DNA of 46,083 bases. It comes from Candidatus Kaiserbacteria bacterium RIFCSPHIGHO2_12_FULL_56_13. Lineage in GTDB: Bacteria; Patescibacteriota; Minisyncoccia; Phycocordibacterales; Phycocordibacteraceae. Positions within the stretch are counted from its first letter, which is position 1. Every line of letters starts with the position of its first letter. The DNA lies in NCBI GenBank assembly GCA_001781625.1, contig MFLS01000002.1:19957-66039 (forward strand). The letters run 5' to 3'. Positions 44,407-46,083 of the stretch are shown here, piece after piece. The position numbers were made by a program, and so were the translations under genes. The notes under the pieces were generated by a model. The model had not been told where the DNA came from. It was given only the letters and a program-made list of their open reading frames with translations, and ran no database searches.

Positions 44407-44429
44407 GCTCCTCGGAGCTTTATTTTTTA
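44407..44429 (+). promoter_or_regulatory. Small CUCG-loop hairpin plus U-tract before rpsN
   Basis: GCUC-CUCG-GAGC is followed by UUUAUUUUUU. This is the same motif as before fusA and ends 1-2 nt before the ATG. Confidence 0.35.
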
Positions 44430-44699
44430 ATGGCAAAGAAATCTCAGTGGGCGCGGCTCGCCAAGCGCGAAAAGCTCGTCAAGAAGTACGCTCTCAAGCG
44501 TGCGGCCTTGAAGCGTGCGGGCGACTGGGATGCACTTCAAAAGCTCCCGCGGAACTCCTCTCCGGTACGCATCAAGAATCGTTGTGCGGTGACCGGCCGC
44601 TCGCGCGGCTACATGAGGGCCTTTGGCCTCTCGCGCATTACTTTTCGCACTCTTGCGCGCGAGGGCAAAATACCGGGCGTGAAGAAAGCTTCGTGGTAG
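44430..44699 (+). CDS. rpsN: 30S ribosomal protein S14 (long, non-zinc form)
   Basis: [41 protein letters not shown]. Confidence 0.95.
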   Translation: MAKKSQWARLAKREKLVKKYALKRAALKRAGDWDALQKLPRNSSPVRIKNRCAVTGRSRGYMRAFGLSRITFRTLAREGKIPGVKKASW

Positions 44700-44701
44700 G
44701 T

Positions 44702-45094
44702 ATGAGCACCGATCGCGTTGGAGATTTTATCGTGCGCCTTAAGAACGCCACCGCAGCAGAGAAGAGCGCGGTCTCGCTCCCGCACTCAACCTACCTCGAG
44801 GCGATCGCAAAAAAGCTTCACGAGCTCGGTTTTGTCGCTGCAGTTTCGGTCGAGGGTGATGCGAAGAAGACGCTCACCGTCGCGCTCGCGCGCGACGAGG
44901 CAGGACGCCCTAAAATCAGGGGCGTGCGCCGCCTTTCGAAACCCGGTCGCCGGCTCTATCTCGCCCACCATGAGGCGCACGAGGTGAAAGAGGGCCTTGG
45001 CGCGCGCATCCTTTCGACGCCCTCAGGCATCGTCTCTGACACCGAGGCGCGCAAAGCGCGCCTCGGCGGGGAGGACTTGTTCGAAATTTGGTAA
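44702..45094 (+). CDS. rpsH: 30S ribosomal protein S8
   Basis: MSTDRVGDFIVRLKNA...ILSTPSGIVSDTEARKARLGGEDLFEIW. Confidence 0.95.
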   Translation: MSTDRVGDFIVRLKNATAAEKSAVSLPHSTYLEAIAKKLHELGFVAAVSVEGDAKKTLTVALARDEAGRPKIRGVRRLSKPGRRLYLAHHEAHEVKEGLGARILSTPSGIVSDTEARKARLGGEDLFEIW

Positions 45095-45097
45095 ACC

Positions 45098-45628
45098 ATG
45101 AGCCGTCTCGCAAAAAAGCCAATCATAACGGGCAAGGCAGAGGTCTCCTTCGCAGGAGACACGCTTTCGGTCAAAGGCCCGAAGGGCGCCGTGACAAGGC
45201 GCGTTCACCCGGACATCACGATCACTGTTGCGCCCGAAGGGGTTTCAATCGTCCCGAAGAACGACGCGCGCGCGACTCGTGCGCTCACCGGCACCTACGC
45301 GTCGCATGTGCGCAACATGGTGCAGGGAGTGCAAGTGCCGTATAAGAAAGTTTTGATACTTGAGGGCATCGGCTACAAGGTCGAAGCAAAGGGCAAGGAG
45401 ATACAGTTCTCCGTCGGTTTCTCCCACCCTGTCAAACTCGCCATCCCTGCCGATGTCACGGTGACAATCGAGAAGAATGTCATTACGCTCGAGAGCCCTT
45501 CGAAAGAATCGGTCGGACAGTTTGCGGCGAATGTGCGCGCGGTAAAGCCCCCCGAGCCCTATCTCGGCAAGGGTATCCGGTACGAGGGTGAGGTGATTCG
45601 TCGCAAACAGGGAAAGAAAGCAGTCTAG
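45098..45628 (+). CDS. rplF: 50S ribosomal protein L6
   Basis: MSRLAKKPI...GIGYK...PEPYLGKGIRYEGEVIRRKQGK. Confidence 0.95.
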   Translation: MSRLAKKPIITGKAEVSFAGDTLSVKGPKGAVTRRVHPDITITVAPEGVSIVPKNDARATRALTGTYASHVRNMVQGVQVPYKKVLILEGIGYKVEAKGKEIQFSVGFSHPVKLAIPADVTVTIEKNVITLESPSKESVGQFAANVRAVKPPEPYLGKGIRYEGEVIRRKQGKKAV

Positions 45629-45634
45629 CCATAT

Positions 45635-45979
45635 ATGAAACACACACCAAAAAATGAACTGCGACAGCGCCGGCATGCACGTGTACGTGCGCGAGTCATC
45701 GGCACGAGAGAGCGCCCGCGCCTCGCGGTCTTCAAATCGAATCGTTTCGTCGTCGCACAGCTTATCGATGACGAAAAAGGGCACACGCTTGCCTCGGCGC
45801 ATGGCCGAGAATTCAAGGCCTCGCAGGTCTTGCAAGCGACGAAGATCGGCGAGGCGATTGCAAAGCGTGCGAAGGAGGCAGGCATCTCTGCCGTTGTCTT
45901 TGATCGCGGCGGATACCGCTATGCTGCACAGATTAAGGCCCTCGCTGACGCCGCACGTGCGGGCGGTCTTGTTTTCTAG
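45635..45979 (+). CDS. rplR: 50S ribosomal protein L18
   Basis: RPRLAVFKSNRFVVAQLIDD...VFDRGGYRYAAQIKALADAARAGGLVF. Confidence 0.95.
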   Translation: MKHTPKNELRQRRHARVRARVIGTRERPRLAVFKSNRFVVAQLIDDEKGHTLASAHGREFKASQVLQATKIGEAIAKRAKEAGISAVVFDRGGYRYAAQIKALADAARAGGLVF

Positions 45980-45982
45980 GAT

Positions 45983-46083
45983 ATGGGAACGGCAACTGAT
46001 CAAGGGAAGAATGGCGTGGTGGTTGAGGCGGCAGGAGCGTCGCAGGCCGTTCCGGCGCCGCGGGCAGAAGAGCGGCGCGCGCC
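45983..46083 (+). CDS. rpsE: 30S ribosomal protein S5, 5' partial (runs off the window)
   Basis: Called from its position after rplR only. The 33 visible codons are a low-complexity N-terminal extension. Confidence 0.55.
   Translation, partial: MGTATDQGKNGVVVEAAGASQAVPAPRAEERRA

Overview
High-GC (~60% by eye) bacterial chromosome segment, mostly housekeeping. The gene content suggests a small-genome, CPR/Patescibacteria-like organism; this is inference only. Supporting observations are compact ribosomal proteins, few Shine-Dalgarno sites, and a type IV pilus + ComEC + ComM + RecJ DNA-uptake set.

The right half (32.0-46.1 kb) is the str/S10/spc ribosomal superoperon: rpsL-rpsG, fusA, tuf-rpsJ, then rplC through rpsE. 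It is unusually broken into separate transcription units by three orphan genes, each with its own terminator.

The middle carries:
- rarA, four tRNAs, a yraN-family gene, cca, xth, a Xer recombinase and rpsO
- an NYN protein, DksA-like protein, comM, a LysM-M23 peptidase, clpP, ppa and nusA
- a pilB-pilC-pseudopilin cluster, tpiA, pgk, HIT, recJ, rnhA, a split ComEC, SOD, rpmB and an M50 protease

The most unusual region is the left ~2.9 kb. A DinG/XPD-type Fe-S helicase gene is bracketed by two complete type III hammerhead ribozymes whose stem I covaries. A third ribozyme copy is cut off by the window edge, and a fourth looks decayed. Each ribozyme is preceded by a member of a family of at least eight structurally conserved GGCG...CGCC hairpins, which also form an ~80-100 nt periodic array with no convincing coding potential. 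I could find no cas, reverse transcriptase or transposase gene next to it. I regard it as a ribozyme-processed RNA/helicase locus of unknown function and the best candidate for something undescribed.
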